Below, in pieces: positions 38,592-51,844 of a stretch of DNA of 64,000 nt. The stretch is from Octopus sinensis. Taxonomy: Eukaryota. The notes under the pieces were generated by a model. It searched no databases, was not told the DNA's origin, and was given only the letters and a program-made list of their open reading frames with translations. Position numbers and translations under genes: made by a program. Where the stretch lies: positions 81,158,001-81,222,000 of the forward strand of contig NC_043005.1 in assembly GCF_006345805.1 (NCBI RefSeq). Reading direction: 5' to 3'. Each line of letters starts with the position of its first letter. The first letter of the stretch is position 1.

Positions 38592-39142
38592 TGGTGACTG
38601 CCCCCTCATTAACGAGTATGGCCATTGCACGAAGCTTAATCAATGTTGTTATCGTGCAATGCATGTGCAAGAAGATTTTATTTAAAGTGAGGAAAGGCTG
38701 TGCACTGAGTCAATCCCACTCACTAAGCAACAGCAGCCATAATGCGGAAAGAAGTGAACATCATCGGTAACCACTGAGCCACAGGTTTTATGTCGGAGTT
38801 ATCCCAATTACCTGAGTTACCTTCTCCAAGAAGGATGCCCTAACAAAGGCTAGGAGTCCTTCACTCCCAATGGTTTAACCGCGCGATCGAGTATTCAGTC
38901 CGATTATTTCTATGTCCCCGCGCATGATACAGCCTTAAGACATTTATTGGATGGCTGTTGACTTTCAAGAGTTCCTCCGCCCTTTGACGGGTTTTGTTTT
39001 TCATCCCGCAGGGTGTCCAATAAACACTCTCCTCACCAAGCAAGCTTGGTGGGGTTGCCGGTTTAGTCGCTGACGATTCGATCATGCAGCAGGTTCTACT
39101 GGGTTACATTTTACCAGTAGCACTCGAAAGTGACCTGACGTA
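38592..39142 (-). mobile_element. Second copy of the (CATA)n-flanked non-autonomous retroelement
   Basis: Homologous to 8661-9328 with internal indels; (CATA)n on both sides. Confidence 0.7.
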
Positions 39143-39184
39143 ATACATACATACATACATACATACATACATACATACATACAT

Positions 39185-39300
39185 AGTTGAAATTTTCAGA
39201 AAAACAAAAGACGAAGACATGTGTATGAACAACAATCAGGTGTATTAGTTTGACGCTCGGGGAAGTGAGAAAGTCTTTTATGTTTCGAGCCTACGCTCAG
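39185..39300 (-). mobile_element. pLTR family F, truncated within the hammerhead
   Basis: Minus strand gagcgtaggctcgaaacataaaagact..., homologous to 9415-9560. Confidence 0.6.
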
Positions 39301-39817
39301 CAACGCTGTAAAATTAGCAAATGTTAATTGTTGCTGTCAAAGCTCAATGCCGGAAAAATTCCCGTTATACATGCATTGGTGCTCTTAGCAGGTGAATATG
39401 TTCCTCTCATTCACTTAACGTCACCGAAACATGTATACATGCTATCTTAAGATAAATGAAATATAACCAGGTGTAAATTGCAGTCGCTGCAATCATTACT
39501 TTATACAGGTGTAGTTGGAAGGTGGGTGCGCGTGTCATTGTTTAAATCTAGTACTGAAATACATAGCAAGAGCTAAACTGTCGCAGTAAGCCTTAAGTTC
39601 CGTATGTATGTTGAAAACAAGACAATTAGCGGCAAAGAAATACAGATACAAATATACGAAAAATAAAGGAAAAAATTGAGAATATATGTTATTCCTCATT
39701 ATTGAAATAGTTGACAGCTTTGAAGATTCCAAAGATAGATGAGTTAAAAGATAAATAAATTGGTCGGAAATGGCGGATAACATTAAAGGCAGATAAGGTT
39801 TTACATGATGGAGAAAC

Positions 39818-39849
<32 letters not shown>

Positions 39850-41210
39850 AGAGATTTATATCTATAGAAGAATTGTATAATTTAATGCTGTAAGATCTGA
39901 AGAGAAAATTGCCGAAGGAAAGCTAGCGACTTAACGAGAATTTTTTTTAGTAGCAGCGTATAAGTGATATGATGGAAGAGATGGGATACAGTTGGGAATT
40001 GCTAACAAAGGTTAAGAACATAAATCTGAAGAGAGGGTGACGCTATAATGAAGCATAAATGGGCATAGAATGTGAGCTAGAAATTGGTAGTAATCCGAGG
40101 TGCATTTTATGGGAAGATATGTCCTCTTTTTTTTTTTTGTCCTTTGATCGGCTGAGCTGACATCATAAGTAAAATAAGAGGAAATAATATTTATTCAAAG
40201 TACCATTCGATAGTAGGGTCTAAAGAGAAGCAACGCTGTCGAATTTAGTAGGTTGTATGTATTTTATATATAGACTTACTTATTACACATTTTTTAATGG
40301 CTTCAACTGCTCCTAAAAAGTAAAATGAAATACACCAACATATTCATGAAATATCGGAAAAAAACTGTATTTGCAAGGGTTTCAGAGTTTAGAATCATAC
40401 ATCTTCAGTCGAAAGAGTCAAAAGAATTTTTTTCAATTGTAGCAGAAGTTAATCTTGGACATGTAAATGAAATCCCATAAAATAAAATATCGTATATACA
40501 TATTATACATATGTGTGGATGTATATGAACGTATCGAGAATTTAAAGGTAACGTAACATAAATCATAACATTTCTACGTGCACCTTCAAAGTTACTGAAC
40601 ATGGTTACCTCTGAATTTTTGATATGGTACCTTTGAATTGAAAGGTTAAGACTATAACCTGTCTATTGAAAGGAAGTGAAAATATGCTTTCAAAACGTGT
40701 CCGGATAAGTGATGTAACACAACTGTTCTTTTTCCCCTGCCCGTAGTCATGACCTCCATTAACTAGTGCACTTAGATTAAGGGAAGATAGCAAAATTATA
40801 ATCTTCGTGATTTTTGTTCAAAGAAAAGCTGTCTAATTCTCTAATTCCTGTAGTTTATCTACGTTTATTTCCTCCTCAATTGTGATAAAGAAAACTCCGT
40901 TGATCACACTGGTTTTGAGGTGTCAGTAAACACCTTCTCATGCCCTTTTCCTCCAGCCATTTATGATTTCTACTATAATTTGAATGATGGATGCATGACA
41001 TTTCTCTACGCATGACTTTCTCATTTATCTTCACTCAATGCTACTCTAGCAAAAGTACGGCCAATTATCATCATATTTCTGTATATATCAGTAATTTTCT
41101 AGCGGGGTTCGTATGAAACTCGGGGGTCTATACGCAATTTTGGCGTGCAAATTTTTATGGAGTAAATTGTTTATATTTCTACAAAGCACAAAACACGTAA
41201 AATTATTTGC

Positions 41211-41372
41211 AGGTGCGACTCAGTCATAAGAAGTTTGCAACCTAACCACATTGTTTCTGGTTCAGCCTCAGTTCGTTACACCTTGAGCAAGTGTTTTTCG
41301 GTATGCCCTCGGACCGATCAAAGCTTTGAGACTGGATTTGGTAGACGGAAACTGAAAGAAGCCCGTCATATT

Positions 41373-41403
<31 letters not shown>

Positions 41404-41657
41404 TATATATATATAATATATATATATGGGGGGGGGGAGTGTTCGCGTGTGTGTGCGTGTATGTGTGTGCGCTTGTGTCTGTCTTTGCCACCTTGACCGG
41501 TGTTGATGTATAGCGGTTCGGCACAAGAGACCGATAGAATAATTATTAGGCCTAAGAAAATATGTACTGAGTCGTTTTTGTTTTTTCTACTAAAAAGCCC
41601 TTCAAGGTTGTGCTCGAGCATGACCGCAGACAAATGACTGAAACAAGAAAAGAAAAA
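41211..41657 (+). mobile_element. SINE family B, followed by a SINE C copy at about 41690-41860
   Basis: Head, gaagcccgtc-microsatellite junction and tail present. Confidence 0.8.
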
Positions 41658-42187
41658 CATTCTTAATAATATCTAATTACAAAGGAGGATGTGAGCTGGC
41701 AGAAGCATTGCCACACTGGGTAAAATGCTCAGCGGCATTTCATGTATTTGCTTTTCATCTCCTTTCGAGACCAACAAAATAAGTAGCCGTTGAATATTGG
41801 TGCCGATATAATCGACTCCCCGAACTTGCTGGCCTTGTGCCAAAATTTGAAACCAATATTCGTTTTAAAAGATACAATAGGATGACTTTTTTAATCGCAC
41901 GTTTAGGTGGGTCCATTCGTGTACAAGAGCCATTAAATTGATCTACAGCTAGAAAAGGGTTGAAAAACATTCGTGTATATGAAGGACTACATTCTCCAAT
42001 GCCTTATCATTATAGTTTCGAGGAAAAAACAGTTGCTACTTCTGTAAGGTCATCCTGACCGCTATAGGCTCTATTGTAAGTTCATAAGAAGGTACAGTAC
42101 GGAAGGATGGTTATTTAACAGGACATAATGTAAAATTCCACGCCGAGATCCTTAGAGCCACGCTTCCCACCTGTTGTCTGTGTTTAT

Positions 42188-42420
42188 TCTTTTACTCTTT
42201 TACTTGTTTCAGTCATTTGACTGTGACCATGCTGGAACACCGCCTTTAGTCGAGACCAAATCGACCCCACGACTCATTCTTTGTAAGCCCAGTACCTATT
42301 CTATCGGACTATTTTGCCGAACTGCTAAGTCATGGGGACGTAAACACACCAGTATCAGTTTCAAGCAATGTTGGGTGGGGGGACAAACACAGAAACACAA
42401 ACATATACACACATACAGAC

Positions 42421-42484
<64 letters not shown>

Positions 42485-42629
42485 CAGATATACGACGGGC
42501 TTCTTTCAGTTTCCGTCTACCAAATCCACTCACATGGATTTGGTCGGCTGGAGGCTATAGTAGAAGACACTTGCCCAAGATGTCACGTGGTTCGTTAGCA
42601 AGCTATTTACCACACAGCCACTCCTACGC
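42188..42629 (-). mobile_element. SINE family B
   Basis: tcttttactcttttacttgtttcagtcatttgactg... to ...cacacagccactcctacgc. Confidence 0.9.
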
Positions 42630-42932
42630 ATAAAATAACATAAATCGTCTGCAATATAATCACTACATTATTTTCATAATACAACGAACGTTAGCTAAAC
42701 TGTCTTAACAATTAACAGTGAAGTGTTGTACTAATCTTTGAATTGGACTACACAGACTTAAATATGTTGTCTATTAACAAACCAGCTGTCCTGCCAAAAT
42801 AGAAATATGAACTGCCACGATTTAGAATTCTCTTTGAGCCATTTTGTTTCCATTTACTTATCATTAAGCCGATACATGATTAGGATAATAGTAATAGTAA
42901 TGATGATGATAGTAATAACAATAATAATAATA

Positions 42933-42978
<46 letters not shown>

Positions 42979-43479
42979 TGCTACCCATGACCGAAGGATG
43001 TGTATTTTAGATTTGAAGTCAGCCATTATTTCAATTAACTTGGAATCATCAACCTTTCCACTTGGTCGCTTGCACAACAATCACAGTCAGCATCACTACA
43101 GTTTCCCATTGACGAAATGAATTATCTTCGTATCGTTGGACCGTAAGTCTTATAATCTATCATTTCGTATTATTGAAAGTATTTCCTGTTTCTTAATATC
43201 TTCACCCTGTGGATATTAAACTCGTTTTAGTCTGCAACAAATATGTCTCTATATATTTAAATACTAATGAAATGGATAGCATATGTATGTATATGTGTGT
43301 GTATGTGAGAGTGTTTCTCTGTGTGTATCTGTGTATCTGTGTCTGTGAAAGAGAGAGATGGGATATGATTTTGAGGTTGTGTGCCTGTAATACACTAAAA
43401 GATCTACACACAAGTATATTTATATGGTATATTTATGTGCATGCACCTATATATATATATATATATATACATACATATA

Positions 43480-43640
43480 TAATAAAAAAAGGGACAAGTA
43501 CGCAAAACATCCGGACAGCTAGGTGGTACAAAAAGGGACAACAAAACATCCAGATAGACGATACAAAGAAAACAAGGACGGGCCATTCGAAGTTTCCTTT
43601 CTTCAGTCAAACACCAGATTATCCTCGCACTTGTCCCTTG
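43480..43640 (-). mobile_element. Penelope-like pLTR relic with decayed hammerhead (43573-43612)
   Basis: Minus strand ctgaagaaaggaaacttcgaatggcccgtc; short inverted repeat gggacaagt/acttgtccc; ends at (TA)n. Confidence 0.45.
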
Positions 43641-43660
43641 TATTATCATTATTATTATTA

Positions 43661-43722
<62 letters not shown>

Positions 43723-43723
<1 letters not shown>

Positions 43724-44765
43724 TATGTTTGACTTTTGCTTTACATTTGTACAAGTTGGCTCCAAGTCTAACCCAGAGGCCTCAAGAGACAACAGGTTGG
43801 AATTTTGTGTTGTTGTTATGCCTAGTGTGCCATATATTTGGTTTTGTATTTAGTGTTGTACTAGTGAATGTCTAAAAAAAAATTGTTTGTTTTAAAACTT
43901 GAGATTACATAGAAAGTATTTTGCGTAGGATATGAGCAGTTCTCATGTGCACTATCTTTTGAATTTCTGCCATGTTGGGGTTTCCTGGTATCTGAGTTAG
44001 GTAGCGATCAGCCCCTTTTGCTATCAATCCCAGGGCACCTATGACAACAGGTATTGTTTTAGTCTTCAGGTTCCACATTTTGCTGATTTCTATTTCAAGA
44101 TCTTTATATTTGCTCAGTTTTTGGTAAGTCTTGACAGATACGTTTATATCGATTGGGACAGTCATATCAATGAGGAGGCATGTTCTTTGTTTGAAGTCTT
44201 TCAATATGATGTCTGGCCTATTTGCATCTATCGTTTTGTCAGTTTGAATGGGGAAGTTCCAGAGGAGTGAGATGTGGTCATTTTCAAGCACTGGAGGTGG
44301 TTTGTGTTCCCACCAGTTTTTTTCATGGGGCAAATCCAGGTTTTTGCAGATTACCCAGTGTGTATGCTGTGCAGCTCTATCATGCCTGTTGAGATACTCT
44401 GTAGGTGCTAGAAGACTGCACTTGGAGACATGATCAATGGTTTCATTTTGTTGTTGATATACACGACATGTTGGACTACTGCCGTTCTTTAATATGTTGG
44501 CCTGGTAGTTCCTTGTTGGTAGGCATTGATCTTGAGCTGCTATAAAACCCCTTCTTAAGCCAGAGGCCATTAGGCATTGATGGGTCAGGGCTTTGTCAAC
44601 ATCTGCATTATTTGCTCTCTTTGGGTATTTGCCATATAGAGTTTTTTTTTGTCATTTATCATTCAGAATATCTAAGGCAGCAGTTTTAGCACGGGTTTTC
44701 ATGCGTTTAGCTTTTTCTGTGCTTGTTTCTTGGAAGTCAAATTCCGAGATTTGTTTTATTCGGAA
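43723..44765 (-). mobile_element. R4/Dong-clade non-LTR retrotransposon, 5'-truncated 3' part (zinc knuckle plus restriction-like endonuclease)
   Basis: ORF 43905-44570: AAQDQCLPTRNY, CRVxQQQNETIDHVSKC, RHD, NRPDIILKD, KLSKYKDL. The 3'UTR runs directly into (AAT)n at 43641-43722. Confidence 0.88.
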
Positions 44766-45413
44766 TTCACTTAGATATTCCTTTGTCTGTTTTGTTACTC
44801 TTTCTGTCTTTCTGTCTTTCTGTCATATATTCTTGTCTGCCTGTCTAACTATCTATCTATATGCCTGTCTTTCAGTCTGTCTGTCTATATGTATGTATGT
44901 ATGCCTGCCTCTGTCTTTTACGCTTGCCTCTGTCTATATACATTTACCATACACTATCCCTCTCTTTCCTTTGTATATGTATATTCCTCATACGTGCAGT
45001 TCTCCACCTCCTTTCTCTTTCTCTCTCTCTCTCTGTTGATATGACATAACATTGCTTTCATTGTTTTAACATTTCTTTGCTATAGTCTTTGCTTTCATTT
45101 TCTGATAGACAGCTACCACGTAGAAAATGCTATCTCCCTAATCCTTTCTTCTGATTGCGAAAACGCTATCCAGCTTTAAATATCTGTAACATTTATCTCA
45201 AATTTCACTGGAATAAATGAATCGCAAAATGAGATTCAGCGTCAAAAATTGCATATCAATATACCAAATTCGGAAAATTTTACTTAATCTTAAAATTTCA
45301 AGATCAGTGACAGCAAGAAATAAGATTCTTTTTCTCTAATTGTCTCTCTCCGAACATAGGAGGCCTCTATTTGATGATAAGCACGCAAAAGCCTCTGCCG
45401 CACGAACGCAGAA

Positions 45414-45563
45414 GACGATGTCCCATTTCATTTCGAAGGACTTCAGTTTGCAGTGAGCGTTAATTTTGCCATCACAATCAGCAAATCGGAAGGTCAAACA
45501 TTTTCGTTTGCCTGTTCACACCTTGAAGTGCCCTGCTTCATCAATGATAAAATTTACGAGTAG
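45414..45563 (+). pseudogene. Helitron Pif1-family helicase C-terminal relic
   Basis: Translates DDVPFHFEGLQFAVSVNFAITISKSEGQTFSFACSHLEVPCFINDKIYE*, matching the Helitron pattern PF.F.RLQFPVRLAFAMTINKSQGQ...PCFSHGQLY. Confidence 0.75.
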
Positions 45564-45771
45564 ACAGTGAGAAAAATCTTTATATCTAAGGAATATATGC
45601 ACTATTAAAAGACAGGAAACTTCGTTTATCAAACCATTATAAATTGCGCCAAATAATGCAGATATCTGTCCTGATCAAGAGGCCTATCTGTTGAAGACAT
45701 GGAATTAAAAAATATATAGAAACAGATGCATACTATTATGAAAATTGTCTGATGCGCTATTCAGCTATACA

Positions 45772-45830
<59 letters not shown>

Positions 45831-45970
45831 AACACACACACATACACACACGCACATACACATACACATACACACGCACACACACACACGCACACACACA
45901 TAACACATACACACGCACACAAACCCACACACGCACACACACACACACATATATATATATCTATATATAT

Positions 45971-46007
<37 letters not shown>

Positions 46008-46010
<3 letters not shown>

Positions 46011-46875
46011 TAAACTGTCGCCATTTCATATCTTTAATTCCGCGCATGCGCATTTTTTGTATTTGATTTTGTCGACTACATAGTACAGTTGTAGTCGGTT
46101 GGACATCGTTTGTGAGACAAATCAACGGCATGACTCAATTCACCCTGCCAAAAATTTGGAAACGGCATGCTGTATTGCTTGGCTTTCGCGCCGGAAGCTC
46201 CAGTACGAACATTTCAAAGTGTTTGGGAGTCAACCTGAGGACAGCGCAATGTGAGCACATGTCCCGACAGGGATAACATTTTTTATACCCAGTCAACGTC
46301 ATGGTGTCTGAAGTGATCACTAGTGATGGCGACGTTATGCCTCCATTCATTATCCCACATGCTTCACAGTAAACACGGAGGCTTACATCAAGTGCCTAGA
46401 GGAGACAGTGCTGCTCTGGGTGGCCGCTGGAAGACCGATGACTAGCAACAGGACTTTGCACCGTGGCACACAAGCAAGAAAAGCCAGTCATGGCTGTCAG
46501 ACTATTTCTGCGACCAAATCTCTCCTAACATCTGGCCACCTAACTCTCCAGGCTGCAACCCTTTTGATTATTATGCGCGGGGCGCAGTTAGCGAGAGACT
46601 AACAAAACACCTTGTAACATCAAAGATGAAATGAAGGCAAGAATTATGGCAGCATTCACCAACTTAAACAAAGAGAACATCCAGAAGAGTTTCAGGAGAT
46701 TCTGAAATCGTCTGGACGCCGTAGTCGAAGCCAATCGTGATTCTATTGGATAACTTTACTCTAGTTCTTCGAGATATTTTTATGTAACTTTGGCAATTAT
46801 ATTTGTTACAATAAGATGTTAGTCTTATTTTCATTTTTTGCGTAATTTAGACGACAGTTTATACACAACACCCTG
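46008..46875 (+). mobile_element. Tc1/mariner DD37D (maT) transposon, internally deleted
   Basis: QQDFAPWH...WPPNSPGCNPFDYY with 37 residues between the two D. Right TIR (reverse) cagggtgttgtgtataaactgtcg; left TIR cagtaaactgtcg has an 11-bp deletion; TA on both sides. Confidence 0.85.
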
Positions 46876-46974
46876 TATATGTATGTATGTATGTATGTAT
46901 GTATGCGTGTAAGTATATATACATACATATACATATAATGACATCTGCGTACATAGACATACATATGTATATGC

Positions 46975-47006
<32 letters not shown>

Positions 47007-47129
47007 ATTATATATATATATATATATAGGACACTGATTTAGTGATAAAAGGATTTTGGAGCTAAATCAAAACCTGGGAATACCCCGGGGATTATTGAGA
47101 AAAGCGATAAACTTTGGTGATCTATCTGA

Positions 47130-47340
47130 ACTCAATATTTTCCTTAATGTGTCCACTTTAGGCATCCCTACATTTATGTTGTTCTTATTGTTGCCAACTA
47201 CGGGCGCACAGCTGAAGGCATTTGTTCACACAGAATTAGTTGCCTCAGTGTTAAGCACGCTAAATATTTTAGTCTTACGAGTATTGACACGTAAATTTTC
47301 AGCTACTAGTCACGTTTTCAGCTCCTTCACGTAAGCTAGT
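47130..47340 (-). pseudogene. RTE-type reverse transcriptase relic
   Basis: Minus strand LRVNTRKTKIF, then with a frameshift CRGCLKWTH. Confidence 0.45.
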
Positions 47341-47911
47341 TGGTTCGCTGTCAAACCGAACATAACGTGTAATGGCATACAACATTGTTTTTGAATATTT
47401 TTGTTCAGTTAAATTCTTCCTATGACACAAGTTAAAATATAACATTGAAAAATATTTCTATGTAATTGGCTGAAACAGTTTTATTCTAGCATAACGAAGC
47501 ATATATTAAAGCGGAAAAGTATAGATTGTCAGGCGAAGTGATATTTACGAATATAGTAGGTCTGAACATATCTTTAAAGACATTGTTGGAGGCAAGCCAA
47601 AACCTGGTAAAAAAGGTATCTTTTACTCGAACCCTGAAGGTCAATATACGGAACCAATCAATAGAATGGCTTTTGTTCTGATGATTAACCGTTTCCGCAG
47701 ATTTTCACACAATCTCAAACCATGGTTACTCGTATCTGACATCGAGAAATACATACGAATTTATAGATCGGGGATAAAGCTGAATGAGTTTAATCTGTCC
47801 ATGAAACAAACAAAAAAAAACAAAAACAGGGAAGAGGGTTATTTCAGATGGAACATATACATCTTTTCAAATTGTTTATTACCTCCTTAAATCGATCAAG
47901 TCACATATTAT

Positions 47912-47953
<42 letters not shown>

Positions 47954-47978
47954 TATATATACATATATATATATATGC

Positions 47979-48029
<51 letters not shown>

Positions 48030-48167
48030 TATGTATATATATATATGTATGCATGTATATGTATATGCATAAATATAAATATATATATATATGTATGTAT
48101 ATCTATACTCACATATATGTATATAATATATATATATATATCGTATATATATAATATACGGACACAT

Positions 48168-48251
<84 letters not shown>

Positions 48252-48639
48252 ACTCTGGGTGTGTCTGTGTACGTACGTTCGCACTCCTTACTTTAGTTGG
48301 CTTTATGCTTAATAAGCAAGTGCTTATATACAAAAGCTGTTTGTCGAAAGGCACAGGTATTTCAAAAAGGCTAAAATCGTTATATACCCTCTTAACTGTA
48401 TGACCGATGGTAGTGCTTCAGAATCTGGGTAAAAATGTACGCTGATCGCAGAAATATGAACAGGTAATCCCCAAGGCAGAAGATTAATGAATATCGCATT
48501 AGAAAATTGCATTATCTCTATGTGAAAAATAGTTAAACCCAATATAATGCATTCTACAGGAAAACAATTACATAAATCACAGGAAAAGAAGCATCTGAGT
48601 AACATGAACACAACAAACAAATACATAATATATTCTTTT

Positions 48640-48815
48640 CTACTCTAGGCAAAGGGTCTGAAATTTGAGGGGAGGGGTGCAGCTGATTAGATCGACCCCT
48701 GTACGCAACTGGTACTTAAGTTATCGATTCCGAAAGGATGAAAGGCAAAGTTGACCTCGGCGGAATTTGAACTCAGAACGTGAGGACAGACGAAATACAT
48801 ATTTCTTTACTAACC
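48640..48815 (-). mobile_element. SINE family C core-tail3 with the tail1 junction remnant
   Basis: Minus strand ttagtaaagaaatatgtatttcgtctg...gagttcaaattccgccgaggtcaactttgcc. Confidence 0.8.
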
Positions 48816-49048
48816 ATCATCATCGTCGTCACCATCATGCTCATCACCATCAGCATCGTTGTGGTCGTCGTCGTCATCGTCATCATCATCATCATCATCG
48901 TACGTCATCATCATCATCATCATCATCATAATCCTCAACATTATCATTATTATTAGTATTATTATTATTTTAGTAGTAGTAGTGGTGGTAGTAGTATTAG
49001 TAGTAGTAGTAGTAGTAATAGGAGTAGTAGTAGTAGTAGTAGTAATAG

Positions 49049-49093
<45 letters not shown>

Positions 49094-49095
49094 CA
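48815..49095. repeat. (CAT)n, (TAT)n, (AGT)n compound repeat
   Basis: Read directly. Confidence 0.95.
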
Positions 49096-49496
49096 ACCTT
49101 CATTATGATTTAGCAATAAATATCACACTTCATTAACAAGCCATTAACCACATCTCGGAGCTGATTTCATTCTATATCTTAGACTGAAGATGATGGTTAA
49201 AATGACCTTCGCATACCAACATCATCATCTCTACTTACTCCAGCTATTTTTTTCTATTTCATTTCCTATTAGAGATATTAATTTGAAAATGAAAAATTTC
49301 GATGAAGCTATATATGATTTTCTGTTTGTTTACGTTCTTTTATTTTTTTTGTAGGTATGTATGTGTGTTTCTATATATTGCGCGTATATATGTTGCGTGA
49401 CGTTACAGACTATTTATATATAGATATCATATATGTATATACGTATACGTGTATACAGACACACACACGCACACACACACGGAGACACACACGCAG

Positions 49497-49544
<48 letters not shown>

Positions 49545-49586
49545 TTGTATGTATATATATGAATATATGTAGGCATTTATATATAT

Positions 49587-49641
<55 letters not shown>

Positions 49642-49992
49642 CTATCTATATCTGTATCTAAATACACACACACATATATACACATACATACACACATATA
49701 TATCTATTTATGTATAGCATCTCAAGAAAGCCAAATGTGATGACAGTAGCAGCGAAAGGGAGAAATAGAAAACGGATTTAAAAAGTGTGATGGAAATTAT
49801 AATAATATTTGTATATTTTGAATTTCTTTTTATATTTCATGTGCAACAGAACTATATTTAAGATATTGTTAATTGATATCGCTAACTTATTTTTTCTCTG
49901 ACGTTTGCGTGTACGTATATAATCATCTACACAATATACATACATACATACATACATATATATGTATATATATATATAATATATATACATAT

Positions 49993-50028
<36 letters not shown>

Positions 50029-50109
50029 TATATATATACACACACACACACACACCACACATATATATATATATATAAGAAATGGAAAGTTTGTGTTATG
50101 TGAATTTTT

Positions 50110-50702
50110 TACTTTAACTCATCCGAGACTATCGGACAGATCTTGAAACGTAACATGTGTGGGGAGTTTATGCCCATGCAACCACTGACGCATTTGGAAC
50201 TTTTTAAAAATTGATTTTTCAAAAATCGTAAAATTTCGGGTTTTTTCGCACTAGCCAACATGTCATCAATTTGACGAAAAATGCCGAAATTCAACGAAAA
50301 ATGTTTCATGGGCATAAAGAGACATCTTATTAACGGTAATTCATTTTGCGTTTACTAATTCTGCATTACAATGCAAATTTTTTGATTTGCCAAAACATAT
50401 TATTTCAGTTCGTTATTTTAACTCTCCAGCGTTTCGGGTTTTGATTAGGTAAGACCATTTTATTTCTCAATTTAGGCATTTTGCACTCTAGCCGTCGTGG
50501 CATTAATTTGACGAAATCTACTCCAAAGCGTAAAATTTCTCCATTTTAATCACATGCACAAAAATGACGACAACGAGACTCTACCCATATTTTCGTCAAA
50601 TTGGTCCTACCCATTAATATAGATTTTAAATCTTTGAACAATTATGAAATTTGACGGAAAATGTTTCAGGGCTATGAACAGACATCTTATTAACGGTAAT
50701 TT
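50110..50702. mobile_element. Unclassified non-coding repeat with internal direct repeat (possible non-autonomous DNA transposon)
   Basis: aaaatgtttca.gg...agacatcttattaacggtaatt occurs near 50298 and near 50658. Confidence 0.4.
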
Positions 50703-50715
50703 ATATATATATATA

Positions 50716-50900
50716 TAGTTTACGAAAAAAAAAACAAAAGACGAAGGCAGGTGGTGTACAAAACAAACAGATGTATTAGTATAACGCTCAGGAATAGAAA
50801 AAGTCTTTTACGTTTCGAGCCTACACTCTTCTACAGAAAGGTACAGAAAAAAAAACAAGGAGAGAAACAAGGAGAGAAAAAATGTATGTAGTGGCTAAGG
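50716..50900 (-). mobile_element. pLTR family F with variant hammerhead (50805-50840)
   Basis: Minus strand CUUU CUGUAGA A GAGU GUAG GCUC GAAAC GUA AAAG. Confidence 0.65.
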
Positions 50901-50930
50901 ATCTATCATGGCGACTATCTATCATATATG

Positions 50931-51018
<88 letters not shown>

Positions 51019-51045
51019 ATACATATATACATACATTATATACGT

Positions 51046-51445
51046 GTCGCAGGAGTGGCTGTGTGGTAAGTAGCTTGCTTACTAACCACATGGTTCCGGG
51101 TTCAGTCCCACTGCGTGGCATCTAGGGCAAGTGTCTTCTGCTATAGCCTCGAGCCGACCAATGCCTTGTGAGTGGATTTGGTAGACGGAAACTGAAAGAA
51201 GCCCGTCGTATATGTGTATATATATATATATGTGTGTATCTGTGTGTATATGTCGGTGTATGTATTAGTCCCCCTAGCATTGATTGACCACCGATACTGG
51301 TGTGTTTACGTCCCCGTCACGTAGCGGTTCGGCAAAAGAGACCGATAAAAAGAATAAGTCCCGGGGTCGATTTGCCCGACTAAAGGTGGTGCTCCAGCAT
51401 AGCCGCAGTCAAATGACTGAAACAAGTAAAAGAGAGAGTAAAGAG
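51046..51445 (+). mobile_element. SINE family B, full length
   Basis: Head, internal microsatellite and tail present. Confidence 0.92.
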
Positions 51446-51844
51446 TATGTGTGTTTGTGTGTGTGCGTGTGTCTGTGTAGATCGGTAGGTATTTCTGAAT
51501 GTATATTTGATTCGATTTCGATATATGAAGCACAAGCAAACTAAAATCTGGTTCAGCAAAAGGACCTCTATATTCTCATTCGACTATCAAGAATCAATAG
51601 GTAAAATTTCGCTTTCCATGAAAGAGAAAAATCACACATTGTTGTGGATAAAAATGCTATAAAAGAAGCACTTTAATTAGACTGTGCCAAACTTGATAAT
51701 CAGAACAAATTTAATGTATTATGTATATTAAGAAAAAGGATATAATGTCTGTGATAGATGCGAACAGGAGTGCATAGCGGTTTCGAGGTGTAGAATTACA
51801 AAGCCATGTGGTCGTTGTAAGGCAGCATCTTCAATAAGACATGT

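Noticed and set aside
39372-39441. ggtga...tcacc GAAAC AT GTA hammerhead-like 3' half
   Set aside because: The CUGANGA half is unrecognisable. It may be a very old relic but is not supportable as a feature.
47056-47334. 92-aa hydrophobic plus-strand ORF
   Set aside because: The opposite strand carries RTE RT-like motifs, which explain the segment better.
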